From Eledone cirrhosa (taxonomy: Eukaryota): a stretch of DNA of 64,000 nt. Position numbers and translations under genes: made by a program. Positions 13,499 to 27,597 of the stretch are shown here, one piece after another (position 1 is the first letter of the stretch; every line of letters starts with the position of its first letter). The DNA lies in contig OZ024752.1 of the NCBI GenBank assembly GCA_964016885.1, positions 4,960,001 through 5,024,000 of the forward strand. The letters run 5' to 3'. Below the pieces are notes generated by a model. That model made no database searches and was not told the origin of the DNA. It saw only the letters and a list, made by a program, of their open reading frames with translations.

Positions 13499-15056
13499 GT
13501 AAGTTTTTGAAATTACTATTGCTCTCCTTACCATCATATCATCCACACTACTGACTACATGATGTATATTGATTACTCTATGTAAGGGACATCAAATACT
13601 TTTTATTAGAATATTGTTCTGATGTCTCTAAAGTTGAGAAAATTTGTTGAATTTGGCTACAGTTAGGACATTAGATACTTTTTAAAATATAGTTCTCGTT
13701 GTCAAAGGGATAAAACTAAAAATCCCAGTTATGGCCATCACTGATGACAACCCCTCCTCCAGCCATGTGGCTGGTTTTTTCATTCTTAAAGTTGTAACTT
13801 AATGTATAGTTCTTATATAAAATGTTGTTGGAAGATTGGAATTTAAAATGTGTGGTTTTCTTTCACAGTACCAGAACCAGTTTTGGCTGGGTTGGTAACT
13901 AAAGGGTTAAGATACATATAAACCCCAAATGTCAATATCTATTCATATCCCAATATTTAATCATTCCTTATTATTTAGATGTACATCAACATTTAGACAC
14001 ACTTCTCAATATCTAGACATATCTCAACATTTCAGTACTGCTCAACATTTAGGCATGACTCAATAGATATATCTCTATGGGGCTGGGAATCTTGCTGGAA
14101 GTATATGGCCCAGTGATGTCAGGGCTGAAAGCAAATGGGTGGAGTGATGTCATGTAAGGAGAAGCAGGAAGTAGCAACAGAGTCAAGGGCTTTCTCACTG
14201 TCGATCAGATGGGGAAGGAGGTTATGGTTTTTGCTCCATGCACTGGGGTTATAAGTTTATCCTTTCTGGCTAGAGGGTTATGTTGGGCTGGGAACTTACA
14301 GACATGGATATACCCCATTCTGGACAAGATAAACCAGTGAGACATCCCGCGATGTAGGTGAGCTATGTTTCGCCCTCACATGTGCTACAATTTCAACAAA
14401 TTGGTATACCTCAATATTTATGCATACCTCAGCATTTAAGCATATCTCATCATTTTGGTATATCTCGGTATTTAGACATATGTTAAAAGCTTGTCTTGCA
14501 AACTACCTAGGCGTTTATATATATTTCTAGCAATGTTATTTATTGGGATTTACATTAAGTATATAGATTTTAGTATTATTTATAAAGATATTTTTGGCTA
14601 AAAAAAAGTATACTAAATACCAAAAATAAAAACCCCAAATATAATAAAAACAAAAGTAAAAAAATGTCATGTAACAGTGTAGAAGTTTACTCCATTGCTT
14701 GTTTCTATGCATCAACACAAGTTGATGCATAGAATCAAGATGTATGGATGGATAAATTCAATCAAATAATTTGACCATGTGAACTACAACCATTTACTTA
14801 TATTATTCACTGTTTCTACCCTCTAGTCTTCATTGCCGTTCTATCTTTTGTTGGTTTCATTGATGGTATCATCATTGCTTTCATTCCAAACAGCTATCAT
14901 CTCTGAAGAGAAATGCAATAGCACTAGAAGAGGAAGTGAAAGCACTCCTTTGACCTGTCTAATGTTGCCAAATATTACTTCTCCTATCAAATACAGATTA
15001 ATGTTTGCCAATTTGATGCTGAAATGTCCATGGCAAAGAAATGCAATTAAGTTGAA

Positions 15057-15088
<32 letters not shown>

Positions 15089-15849
15089 ATATATATATAT
15101 ATATATACATATATATAAACTTATATATATGCACTTATAAACTTATATATATATGCACTTATATACTTATATATATACATATAGGCACTTATATATATAT
15201 ATATATGGGAAACGGATGTTACATGATGATGATGATGGTGAAACACTTCAGGATTATAATTTTACTGTCGTTTCATCTGTACAATCAATATATTACAAAT
15301 ATATATATATATATGTGTATATATGTATATAAATATATATATATATATAAATATATATTTATTTGTAAATATATATGTGTATATATATATATATATCAAC
15401 AAACACACAGTTCCTACCCCACCACCACTACACACATATATACACAAACATATACAAGATAAGCTGATACATAAAAAAAATCAATATATTTATAATACAA
15501 CTTATTAACTACTAAGCAACTGGAAACTTGTAGAGAATGGCACTAAAAGCATCGGAAATTATTTTGCACAGAGAAATTTTCAACAACATAGAGAACAACT
15601 ATTCACAGAATAAGGTTTTGATAACACATGCTTGGTTGTTTGTTGCTGGTTTTGTTGTTATTTTTGCCAATATTTATTCCTTTATTCATTTAGTGTTTAT
15701 TATTTTTTTGTTCACTTGGTAGTGTTAGTGGAAGGGACAATGCCCATTGCCATCACATGGTCTCTGAGAGAGATTGAAGCCATTAACATTCTGTATAAAC
15801 TGTTGCAAGTTCACGTTTTTTTTTTGTTTCTTTTTGTAAAGAAATGAAC

Positions 15850-15932
15850 TGGGAATAGGAAAGGGATTCAGGGCTATGAGTCGGAGGAAGAGGTGGATAT
15901 TTTTCCATTGTAGCATTCAGGGATGTAAGTTA

Positions 15933-15964
<32 letters not shown>

Positions 15965-16390
15965 GGGTTTAGGTCTTTCTATATTGGCATGGGTTGGACA
16001 AGGAACTGGGAATTCAGGAATGTAAATGTGTGTGTAGGGGAGGACATTCTTTCTATGTTGGCATGGGTTTGACAAGTAACTGGGAATTCAGATATGTGAG
16101 AGAAGGGGGATTTTTTCCATGCTAGCATGGGCTGACCAAGGAACTATGAATTCAGTGATGTAAGTGGGGAGGGGTCTTTCCATGGTTGGCATGGGTTGGA
16201 CAAGGAACTGGAATTCAGGATTATGAGAGGAGGTTAGATGTTTCACCATGCTAGCATGGCTTGAACAAGTAACCTATAAGATCAGGGATGTAAGTGGGGT
16301 GGAGATCTTTCCATGTTGGCATGGGTTGGACAAGGAACTGGACATTCAGGGATATGAGTGGGAGCCTCTTTCCATGCCGGCATAAGTGCC
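15850..16390. repeat. Degenerate ~65-70-bp tandem repeat
   Basis: Recurring ttccatgttggcatgggttggacaaggaactgggaattcagg, about 7 copies. Confidence 0.75.
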
Positions 16391-16904
16391 TACATTCTGT
16401 GCAGAAAGGACTGGGCATAATGGTTAGTATGGGGCTTTGAGTCAACATAGGTTTTAAGTGAAGTGCCTGAGTGAAGGTGGCATGAGACTTGCGAGCTGTG
16501 AGGAGCAGAAACCATCTTAGTAGATATAGAAGAGCTTACATTTATTGGAGAGCAGAAAATGTTTTAATCAATTATATAAACCTCTGTAATTTCTCTGGTA
16601 TTCATTTTATCAATCTCTGTTTATCAAATGCCTAAGTTCACATATTGAGTTTTTATCTCTTTGATAACTTACAGATTCTTAGGTTTAGAGAGTTATATCC
16701 CCTTAGAGAGTCACTTTCATCTAACCATAGGTCAACCTTAATCTAGCTAACCATTAATTAATCCATTATGACACATGATTAGCTATAGATAGCCATATAG
16801 GCAGACAGACAGATATATAAACATGTAGATAGATAGATAAATAGATAGCTAGGTTTGTAGATAGATAGGTTGATAAAGAAATATCCAGACAGACATAGAT
16901 AGAT

Positions 16905-17400
16905 ATATTTCTTTATTAGCCACAAGGGCGCACAAGAAAAGGGGACAATACAAAGACATGCCGGGGATTTTACATACAGTCGTGTAAAAAATATAAAAAC
17001 AAACAATTACAACAATCGAAATCTCCAATAGGGGGGAGGCGTCACAAATGGGTTGTTTAATACCCCGTCGATAGAACAACCCTCAACTCCAGGAGTGTGT
17101 TGTGCAAGTGCTCCTTTCTTCCTTTTGCTCTCTTCCTTAACCTACAAGCTTATAAACAGAGAAGGGCCAATCACTCGGGCCATTTTCACTTCATTCACCC
17201 ACCTTTCAGTAAATTTACTGGGGTGCAGTGCCTCTCTCTCCACCCTGATTCTCCTTCTAAAGTGGTACTTAAAGAAGGGAATCAATTGTTGTCCGGAGAG
17301 AAAGGCATCTGTCCTCAGTCCTCTCAATCTCGTCCACCATATAACCTCTTTCACCATAGTCACTGTACAGAGGAAAACCACCTCTCTTTCGTTTTTGAAA
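16905..17400 (-). mobile_element. 5'-truncated LINE (Tx1/L1-like) 3' end inside (GATA)n
   Basis: Minus ORF 17142-17381 (VKEVIWWTRL...ERW) resembles a Tx1 ORF2 C-terminus. A 3' UTR ending AATAAAG follows, and (TAGA)n lies on both sides. Confidence 0.45.
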
Positions 17401-17902
17401 TAGATAGATAGACAGATAGGTAGTTAGTTAGAGAGACAAATAGGAACATAGATATATAGACAGATAAATACACTAAGTAAATAGATAGATTGATAGACAG
17501 ACCAACAGATAGATAAGTATGTCAATGGATAGATGATAGGTAGATATATGATTAAGTTGACAGACATACAGACAGGGGGATAGATAGAGAGATAGATAGA
17601 CAAACTGACAGATAGACAAACAGATAAATAGACAGATAGATAGATAAGATTCCGCATTGGTGAACTGAAGACTATGGAAGAAGACATTTGTTCAAAGTGT
17701 CATGCACTGGAAGTAAACCCCAAACCCATGGTTGCATAGCAAACTCCTTAATCACACAGCCATTCCTGTACCAACAACTAATATTCTTTATCAGATATTC
17801 TATTTAATATGACACAACCATCACCTAGAAATAATATCTTTCATTCCCATCAAGTCGGTTATTTTAATTGAAATTTATTTTTTCGTTTCTTTGTTGTGGC
17901 AG

Positions 17903-17933
17903 CGCCTCTTCAAAAACAGGAAGAACAAGCTCG
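17903..17933 (+). CDS. robo: Robo juxtamembrane cytoplasmic short exon (31 nt)
   Basis: tttttcgtttctttgttgtggcAG acceptor and CG|GTAAGT donor. Phase 1 to 2 fits the TM exon. Encodes (T)PLQKQEEQA(R). Confidence 0.75.
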
Positions 17934-18041
17934 GTAAGTACAAAAAAACCGATATTTTTTCAAAGTCTTCCAATATTAAAATAACTGTTTCATAACATTT
18001 CAATGGTTGTCTTATTTTTATGTTATTTCACATTGAAATTT

Positions 18042-18113
<72 letters not shown>

Positions 18114-18167
18114 TGTGTGTGTATGTGTATACACACACGTTTACATATATATATATGTATATATGTA

Positions 18168-18233
<66 letters not shown>

Positions 18234-19127
18234 TTTACATATACATATATACATACATATGTATATATACGCACATATATATACACACATATATACATAA
18301 ATATATATACACACACACACACACACACGTATACACATATATATATATATGTATTTACATATATATATATACTTTTTTTTATGTATATAGATATATTTAT
18401 ATACTTTTTGTTACTCAGCATCTTCTGGCTTCCTCTTTGTCACTCTCTCTCTCTCCTTTTTTTCTGTACCACCAATCCCACTCTCTCTATCTTCTATCTA
18501 TCTCTGCCCTTTTTCTCTCTTTCTCTATTTCAATCAAATGCTTTTTTTTTTTTTTTTTGTCTTTCATATATTAATGAACTTGTTTATATTTAACTACAAA
18601 TAAACCTAAATTATTTGGTGTTGAAATTGTTCTTCTGTAGTTCTGAAGATACAAGACTATAAACAGAAAGTCTAAACTCTTTAAATGAAATTCTATGTCT
18701 TTGTTTTAATTCTGATGGAAATTTTGGATAAGAAGGAATCAACTTCATGACTCTTTGATAATTTGAGAAATATTAGAGAATGAATGAGAAACCTTGATTT
18801 AAATAATGAGAAATATTTTATTCCACACCTAATGACTTTACAGATTTTCTGTGTATTAAGTTATCTTTTTTTTTATTTAATTTTTATTTACAAAAATAAC
18901 AAGATATTACTACAACTACTACTATTACTACTACTACTAGCAATAATAATAATAATAATAATTGTTTCTAATTTTGGCACAAGGCCAGCAAGTACTTTAT
19001 TTTATCGACCCCATGAGGATGAAAGGCAAAGTTAACCTCGACGGGATTTGAACTCAGACCGTAAAGGGACGTAACTATGCTGGAAAGCATGGCGTCCAAC
19101 CCTCTACCGATACTGCCAATATAATAA

Positions 19128-21620
19128 TAGCATAACGCAAGAATGTACTGCGAGATGAACAAATAAAAATTAATACACAATGCCAAATCGCTTTTCCTAT
19201 GGTTAATCAGGAAGCGCGTCCCACAGGAAGGTGCCAACCTGAGATCAAAAAGTCCTCCTCTGGAACAAACTCTTCTCCAATTATCGACTTGGATGGTCAC
19301 TTGATCGGGGATTGCCGCAACTCCAGCCCTCCAGATCCACCACCCAAACCACCTCAAAAAGAAAAACCTAAAAGGATGAAATGGACCCGAGAAGAGTATA
19401 AAGAAGTAATATATGCATATTACTATGCATTAGGTAAGCCATCACAAGACAGACACACTTTAAACTCCTACAAAATCTGGAAAACTCGGAATCAAGCTAG
19501 CAGACGTGATATGGATGGAAATAAGTTGGCAAATGTAAGGAGGTATATCTTCAGAAATAATAGACTCACAGACACTGAACTAACTGCGATCAAGTAGGCT
19601 GTGGAGAATGACATAAATATAAATGATGAAAGAACTGAAGAATCTCCTGGAGATAGTAACCAGTCACAAGTCTTTACTGAAAGACCTCCATCTGACCAAA
19701 TCACAAATAGGTTTGTAGAAATGAGAAGCCCTATTGAACCCACTGAAAATAACCAGGAGAGGGACTTAGAAACAGTAATTGAAAACCAAACATCTGCTGA
19801 AGAACACAGGGAGACTATGAAGGAATTAAAGCAAAAAATACTGAATGAGCTTGCAGTAGTAAAACATTCTAGTATAAATGTTAGAGAACCACTTCAAAAA
19901 CTCCCAAATACAATCCAAAATAGAAAACAAATAATGATTGGTAATTCTGTGACAAAAGAAATCATAGAAGAACTAGAACCTGATCTTACTGAGTTAAATG
20001 AAATCATTTATGCATCTGCTAGAGTAATTGAAACAAGTTGTTTACCTCCAAAAAAACAAAAAAGTCGAACCTTTGAGGTAAACCGATTTGGAGGAGTAGA
20101 ATTGAAAAGGAGATTGACGTAATGAGAGGAGAAATATCTTTATTGAGTGAGTTAACTGCTGGAAATGATATAAGATCCAAGAAGGTAAGAAAGCTAAAGA
20201 GAAAATATGGACTGTCTTCTAGAGAAGCAATAGTTTCAACAAAAGAATCTCTGAAACAAAAAGTCCAAGTAAAAGCCCAACGAATTCGTAGATTTGACAC
20301 CAAAGTCCGTAAGCTACTGACCTGTAATAGGATGCACCACCCAAAAGCAGATGTGGATCGTCTTTACCTTCCTAGAACTCAAGGAGGCCGTGGCCTGATC
20401 CAATTTGAACTTGCTTACAAGACCACCATCATTGGACTGGCCAAATACCTTGAAACAACTAACGACTGTATGCTGAAACTTGTTGAAAAGCATGAGAGAA
20501 GTAAGAAGCTTCATTCTATCTTGAAGGAGAGCAAAAAAATATGCTACTGATCTCATGCTTGATACCCAGGCTGGACAGACTAAAGAAACTGTTGCAACTG
20601 ATGCTGCTAGCCACATAAAAGCACAGGCAAAAGCAAATGGACAAGGACAATTAGCATCAAATTGGGAGCAGAAACCTCTGCATGGCAAATAGGTGGCCCA
20701 TAGCAAACAAGCTGATGTTGACCAAAAGCACACCCATCAGTGGCTACGTAGTTCATGGCTAAAGGCGGAGAGTGAAGGCTTCATCTTAGCTGCCCAAGAT
20801 CAAAGCTTATTGACTCATAATTACCAGGCCAATGTGATGAGAAACGGAATAAACCCAATGTGCCAATTCTGCAATGCTGAGGTTGAAACACTTAGTCTCT
20901 GGATGTAAAGTTTTAGCACCAGTAGAATACAAATATAGACATGACAGAGTTGGCCAATATCTACACTGGGTAATATATCGGCATTACAAAATCAAAGCGG
21001 AAGACAAGTGGTACAATCATCACCCTGAGGCTGTAACTGAAGGAGAAAAAGTAACAATTCTCTGGGACTTTCCTGTACATAATGACAGGACCATAAAAGC
21101 AAATAGACCTGACATCATTGTAAAAGATCAACATAACAAGGTCTGTTTATTGATAGATATGAGCATCACATGTGATCACAATATCGCTGCAAAAGATTTG
21201 ACAAGCTACGAAAATATAAAGATCTGCTTATTGAAATTGAGAAAATGTGACACCTCAAGGCCGTTACAATACCAGTGATTGTGGGAGGACTGGGAATGAT
21301 CAAGAAAGGAACAGAACAGTATTTGCGAATGATTCCTGATTTACCCTCTCTGCACGAGGTGCAAAAAATTGTTTTCACTGACACTGCACACGTATTGAGA
21401 AGAGCACTATCTCTGTAAGATTGATATCCCTCCTTGTATTTACATATCCATATGCACATGTGTATATATGTATACTGGTTTTTTTTTAAATTATAATCAA
21501 TGTGCTGTATTAACTGGCTTACCAATGCACACTGTGAATTTATTTGCCCTAGGTGTCAGGAAGACACCCGGTATGTATCTCAGAAACAATAATGAAAGAA
21601 AATAAAAATGATAATAATAA
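19128..21620 (+). mobile_element. R4/Dong-like RLE non-LTR retrotransposon, internally deleted and frameshifted
   Basis: N-terminal KWTREE...YY motif, HPKADVDRLYLPR..GGRGL, CCHC knuckle CQFC....ETLKHLVSGC, RHD motif, WDF.V..DRTIKANRPDII...LLIDMS (PD-(D/E)xK nuclease). Ends in (TAA)n. No RT core. Confidence 0.85.
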
Positions 21621-22014
21621 TAATACTGTTAATACTACAACTAATTCTATTACTAATAATGATACTATAGCTAATACTAATACTGTTCTGTTTACTAACT
21701 ACTATTAATAAAATCTTAAAAACAACAGCAACAACAAAACCCATGCTGATAATATTTGTTTTTAATATAGGTACAAGAACAGCAATTTGGGGACGGGGGA
21801 GCAAAGGAGTATGTATAGTAATGGTTTCTGATTTAGGCATATGACCAATGACCAACAATTTAGGGAGAGGGGAAAGTCAATTAGATTAACCCCAGTGCAT
21901 TACTGGTACTTTATGTATTGACCCTGTAAGGATGAAAGGTAAAGCTTGGCAGGATTTGAACTCAGAACATAAAGGGCCGTAATTCTATGCCGTGAAGCAT
22001 GTTGTCCGAACATA

Positions 22015-22390
22015 ATGATAGGGATGATATTAAAGATGGTGATCGTGGTGATGGTGATGATGATCGTGGGGATGATGATGTATGATGACAATAATGATGA
22101 TAATGATAGTGATGATGTTGGTGATGTCCATGATGGTAGTGACAATAATGATGATGATGATGATCGTAATAGTGATGATGACGACGGTGATAATAATGAT
22201 GATTATGATGACTGTGATAGCAATAGTGAACATAATAATAGTGATGATGATGATTATGATGATGATGTCCATGATGATGATGACAATGGCGATAGTGAAA
22301 GTAATAGTGATGATAGTGACACTGTTGATGATGATGACAAAGCAATGATGAAGATGATGATGAGGACAATGATGATGATGGTGAAATTTG
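22015..22390. repeat. Degenerate (GAT)n repeat
   Basis: Direct observation. Confidence 0.9.
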
Positions 22391-22730
22391 GTGATGAAGC
22401 AATGAAGAATGATCAACTTACTAAAGATGAACTTACTAAAATGTTAAAGCAAGTTCATTAAAATATGTTGAATATATAAAAGGATGTGTTTTTTTTTTAT
22501 TATTAAATGTGAGCCAATCTTCTTTGAAAGTGCCACAGAACTATTTAAAGACTTTCAAGTAGCCAATCAAATTATCATTTTGTAAAATATCACTGAAATG
22601 TGCATTTTACATCATGTATGTCTTTCATAATTATGGTAACTTATTTCAGAAATATCTAACTTCCTCTCCTTTTATCTATGTATTATGTGTGTGTATACGC
22701 ATATATATATATATATATATGTGTGTGTAT

Positions 22731-22788
<58 letters not shown>

Positions 22789-22871
22789 ATGTATATATAT
22801 ATATATGTGTGTGTGTATGTATATATATGTGTGTGTGTATGTGTGTGTATATATATATATATAGGCACATG

Positions 22872-23203
22872 GAGGCACATGGCTTAGTGGTTAGAGCATT
22901 GGCCTTGCAATCGAAAGGTTGTGAGTTCAATTCTCAGACCAGGTGATGTGTTGTTTCCTTGAGCAAGACACTTTATTTCACATTGCTCCAGTTTACTCAG
23001 CTGTAGAAATGAGATGATAGGGACCCCAGTCCCTATCATTCCACTGCAAAGTGGTCGTGGAGGTGCCACGGCAAAAAAAGCACCCAGCACTCACTGTAAA
23101 TGAGGTTGGTGTTAGGAAGGGCATCCAGCTGTAGAAATCAAGCCAGAATCAGTTCCCGTCCCACCCTTGCAAGCAGGGAAAAGCGGACGTAAAATGATGA
23201 TGA

Positions 23204-23206
<3 letters not shown>
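22872..23206 (+). mobile_element. tRNA-derived SINE with RTE-type tail (near-identical copies ~33500-33846, 42628-42953, 45236-45578, 50899-51237)
   Basis: A box TGGCTTAGTGG, B box GAGTTCAATTC, conserved body, tail shared with the RTE LINE, (GAT)n end. Confidence 0.85.
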
Positions 23207-23263
<57 letters not shown>

Positions 23264-23309
23264 CCTCCTCCTCCCTACTTATTTGCCACTTCGCTGTTAT
23301 TATCATCAT

Positions 23310-23347
23310 TAGTAGTAGTAGCAGTAGTAGTAGAGCTGGTGGCAGTG

Positions 23348-23394
<47 letters not shown>

Positions 23395-23795
23395 GGTGGT
23401 GGTGGTGATGGTAGTAGTAGTAGTAGTGGTGGTGATGGTAGTTGTAGTAGTAGTAGTAGTAGTAGTGGTGGTGATGGTAGTTGTAGTAGTAGTAGTGATG
23501 GTATTGATGGTAGTAGTAGTAGTGGTGGTGATGGTAGTAGTGGTGGTGGTGGTGGTGATGGTAGTAGTAGTAGTGGTGGTGGTGGTGATGGTAGTAGTAG
23601 TAGTGGTGATGGTAGTTGTAGTAGTAGTAGTGGTGGTGATGGTAGTTGTAGTAGTAGTAGTGGTGGTGATGGTAGTAGTAGTAGTAGTAGTGGTGGTGAT
23701 GGTAGTAGTAGTAGTTGTAGTAGTAGTGATGGTAGTAGTAGTAGTAGTAGTAGTGATGGTATTGATGGTAGTAGTAGTAGTAGTAGTAGTAGTAG
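23310..23795. repeat. (GTA)/(GGT) compound microsatellite
   Basis: Direct observation. Confidence 0.9.
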
Positions 23796-23927
23796 CAACA
23801 ACAGATTGGTGGAACTTTTGGTATTTGTTCTGGTTGCTTAGTTTCTGAGTTCAAATACCACTGAAGTCATGGCTTGATCAAATCATATTGCCCCATCACC
23901 CTTATGATTTGTAGCTTTAATAATTCT

Positions 23928-24127
23928 NNNNNNNNNNNNNNNNNNNNNNNNNNNNNNNNNNNNNNNNNNNNNNNNNNNNNNNNNNNNNNNNNNNNNNNNN
24001 NNNNNNNNNNNNNNNNNNNNNNNNNNNNNNNNNNNNNNNNNNNNNNNNNNNNNNNNNNNNNNNNNNNNNNNNNNNNNNNNNNNNNNNNNNNNNNNNNNNN
24101 NNNNNNNNNNNNNNNNNNNNNNNNNNN
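23928..24127. other. Assembly gap (200 N)
   Basis: Run of N. Confidence 1.
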
Positions 24128-26639
24128 TACAAACTGGTCTCGTCTGATTTCTCAACTTGCCTCATGCCTTCTTTTTGATTTTTCTCTGTCTACTATCGCC
24201 CCCACCACCCTACATACATACTTGAGGCCACGGAGAGTACCTACTTTACACAGTCACTCGAATTGCTAGAAATACCAACAAAATTTACCTCAAATCATGT
24301 CCTATCTTCAAAAGAAGGGACACATTTAGTCATATATATATAACACTTGAAATAGCAGCAAAAGATTCTTAACGTTTCGGACACTAATCCATCAGAAGAA
24401 GATAGAGTTAGAAACTCCCTCCTCACTGTGAAGTGGTCTTGTAGGTGACATAACAAAAAGCGCCCAGCACACACTGTAAATGTGGTTGGTGTTAGGAAGG
24501 GTATCCAGCTGTAGAAACCAAGCCGAGAAACAGTTCTGTATGAGCAAGATATGGTCATCTGACCCAACTTGCCTCAAACGGGGCTAACCATCTAACCTAT
24601 GATAGCATGGAAAATAGACATTAAACAATGTTGTTGATGATGATGATGATGATATATAGGCTTAATTTATTTATCATTGACTTTTATTTTAATAATTATA
24701 TTTCTTATTGATCTTTATTTATAGATTTATCCATTAATATATGCTGAACTATGAAAAAAACAGTTAAAGTTTAGTACTTAGTTCATTGTTTTCAGAAGGT
24801 TAATTGACCATAATTAATCAATATATGGACTAATCAATAGTAGTTATGCAACTTCATATTATTAGTCTCAGTAATATGGATCCATTTCACCGTCTTCATA
24901 AGAAACAATTTATAGGTTTGAGGTCTTTTAGAAATGTTATTTTATATGTATGTCCAAGTGAAAAAGGGAGAATAGAGATTAGTTTGTGTTAACTAAAAGC
25001 AATAGCAAGGAGGGCAGTGTGTTTCAATGTGTATAGGATCCAAGACAAGCGTTTAGAGAGAACAAAACATGTATAAGCCAAGCATTAAATATATAGGCAG
25101 TGCGTAAATATCAAAGTTATAGTAAGGGGAAATACAACCTAAGTACTTGAAAAAGTGTTTATTTCTTTACAATTGTTTCAATAAATTTTAAATACATTCC
25201 AGCCAAGGAACTGGGGCCATGCTGGGGCACTGCCACCACATATATATATCTCAATATTTTTTATATTTTAGCAATCAGAAAGTATATGTTAAATATTAGT
25301 TATAACTAAATAATTTATTAGGATAATTAACAGTATCCTTTAATTACATATACCCCGGAAATGTTACCAATATAAAACAGTACATATATAATATATTAAT
25401 TGTTTCTACTATTGGCACAAGGCCAGCAATTACCCAGTACATTACTGGTACTTTATTTTATCTACTCCGTAAGGATGAAAGGCAAAGTTGAATCTCTTTT
25501 AAAATAATTTAATTATAGGTCATTTTGACATAATTCTAATAAATGGAAAAAAAAAGGAAGTAACTCTAAACTAGCGTAGGTGGGTGCAGGCATGTGTCTC
25601 TGCGTGCATGTACATTTATATAGAAGCCTCCAGTCCACACTGTTAAGTGGTTGTGTAAGTTACATGACAAAAAGCACCCAGCACACACTGCTAGGTGGTT
25701 GTGTAAGTGACCCAACAAAAAGTACCCAGTCGACACTGTTAAGTGATGGTGCAGGTGACATGGCAAAAAAGCCCAGTCGACACTGTTAAGTGGTTGTGAA
25801 GGTGACCTGACTAAAAATATCCAATCCACACTGTTAAGTTGTGGTGTAGGGGATATGGCAAAAAGGCCCAACCCACACTGTAAAGTGGTTGTGTATGTGA
25901 CATGACAAAAAGCACCCAGCCCACACTGTTAAGTGGTCGTGTAGGTGACACAACAAAAAACACCCAGAACACACTGTAAAGTGGTTGTGTAGGTGACACG
26001 ACAAAAAGCACCCAGCCCACACTATTAAGTTGTCGTGTAGGTGACCCGACAAAAAGTACCCAGTACTCACTGTAAATGAGGTTGGCACGAAGAAGGGCAT
26101 CCAGCTGTAGAAACCAAGTTTAAATCGGTTCTGTATGAGTATGTCATGGTTACTTGACCTGGCATTGATCACAACAGGATAACCCATCTAACCCATGCCA
26201 GCGTGGAAAAATGGATGTTAAACGGTGATGTTGATGATATGTGTATGTCTATGTAGATGCGCGGGGATATGGAAATACTCAGTTTGGTATCTGAGTTCAC
26301 AGTTAGCCAGCTGAGAGTGTGTGACCCTTAGTTCTTGTTTGGACTTTACTTTAGGAGAGGGAAAACTCTGATGTAAAATGCGATGGCAGCCAATGATTTT
26401 GACCTTTTCTTCTTTTTGTATACCTCTCATCATTGTTCTGAGGGTGGGATTGGTCCAGTGCAAGGTCTTTCTTCACTTAAAAATGTGTCAAGCACAGACA
26501 CCACTTGATCTAAACAATTTTCATGTGTGCAGCCTTTTCTTTTTTCTTTCATTGCAGCATATGCAGAAAGGAATCTAAGTCCTTGACAGTGCTAAAAGCT
26601 CATGTTCATGCTACCCGTCATTATATCTATATAGATATC

Positions 26640-27230
26640 TGTGTGATAGCAGGTGTGGAGGAGGGCTTCTTATTATGAAGTCTGCGGATGGTCTGCCAGA
26701 ACATTTTATTTGCTGATCTGAAGTCAGATTCCAGCTTAACCCCAAAGTGCTCCCATGTCTTAACTTTGGATGCTGCAATTCTTTGTGTACCAGAGGTGCA
26801 AGAAGGCGGACTTACTTCCAAGCCAAGATTTGTAAGTCTTCTTCTTTGATCGGATGGCATCTTTGACCTCTTGATTGAACCAAGGGGTCCTCCTGTCATC
26901 CAGCGCCACACTAAGCCTATGGTCACAAATTTTGTGTAATGACCAAAAGAATACAATCGTGAATACAAACGGCGGCCGAAATGGGATTCCTCCGAAGGGT
27001 CTTTGTAGTAATGTTACTTGATAGAGTGTGTAGCTCAGAGATCAGAGAGTCACTCCAGGTAGAGCCGTTACTTCTCTGAATTGAGAGATCACAGCTACGA
27101 TACTAAGGGCATGTGGTTAGAATGTCTCAGGAAAGAATCACTGGAGAGATTTTATGGGCAAAACCAACTGGCAAGAGACCCAGGTATAGACCCTGAGCAA
27201 GATGTTTGGATGACATCCATGAGCTTGGCT
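26640..27230. mobile_element. RTE-clade LINE fragments in inverted arrangement
   Basis: Minus: KTWEHFGVKLESDFRSANKMFWQTIRRL. Plus: AEMGFLRRV...IRESLQVEPLLL*IERSQLRY*GHVVRM...PTGKRPR. Confidence 0.65.
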
Positions 27231-27597
27231 GGCTCAAATCCCGCTAAGGTTAGCTTTGCCTTTCATCCTTACAGAGTTGGTAAAATAATGTACCAGTTTG
27301 CACTAAGGTCGATTTAATTGACATTCACCACCCCAAAGATTGTGGGCCTTGTGCCTAAATCAGAAAGCATTATTTAGGCAGTGAAGTGTCAGAATTGATA
27401 GAGCACTGGACAAGATTTTAAGGTATTTAGTTAAATATCTATTACATTCTGAGTTCAAATTATGCCAAAGTTGATTTTGCCATTTACCCATCTGAGGTTT
27501 GATGAAATAAGGTTCCAATCAAAAACTAGTGTCAATACAATTGACTGTTGCCTCAACTTATCTATATATAGATTTGAGCGACTTCTGTCTGTTCGTC

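Noticed and set aside
15723-15847. Phase-compatible acceptor and ORF (LVEGTMPIAITW...)
   Set aside because: No donor site and no motif support.
22872-22945. tRNA genes
   Set aside because: These are SINE heads with A/B boxes continuing into SINE bodies, without a complete cloverleaf.
23874-24269. ORFs spanning X residues
   Set aside because: Artefact of the 200-N gap. An additional exon could be hidden in the gap.
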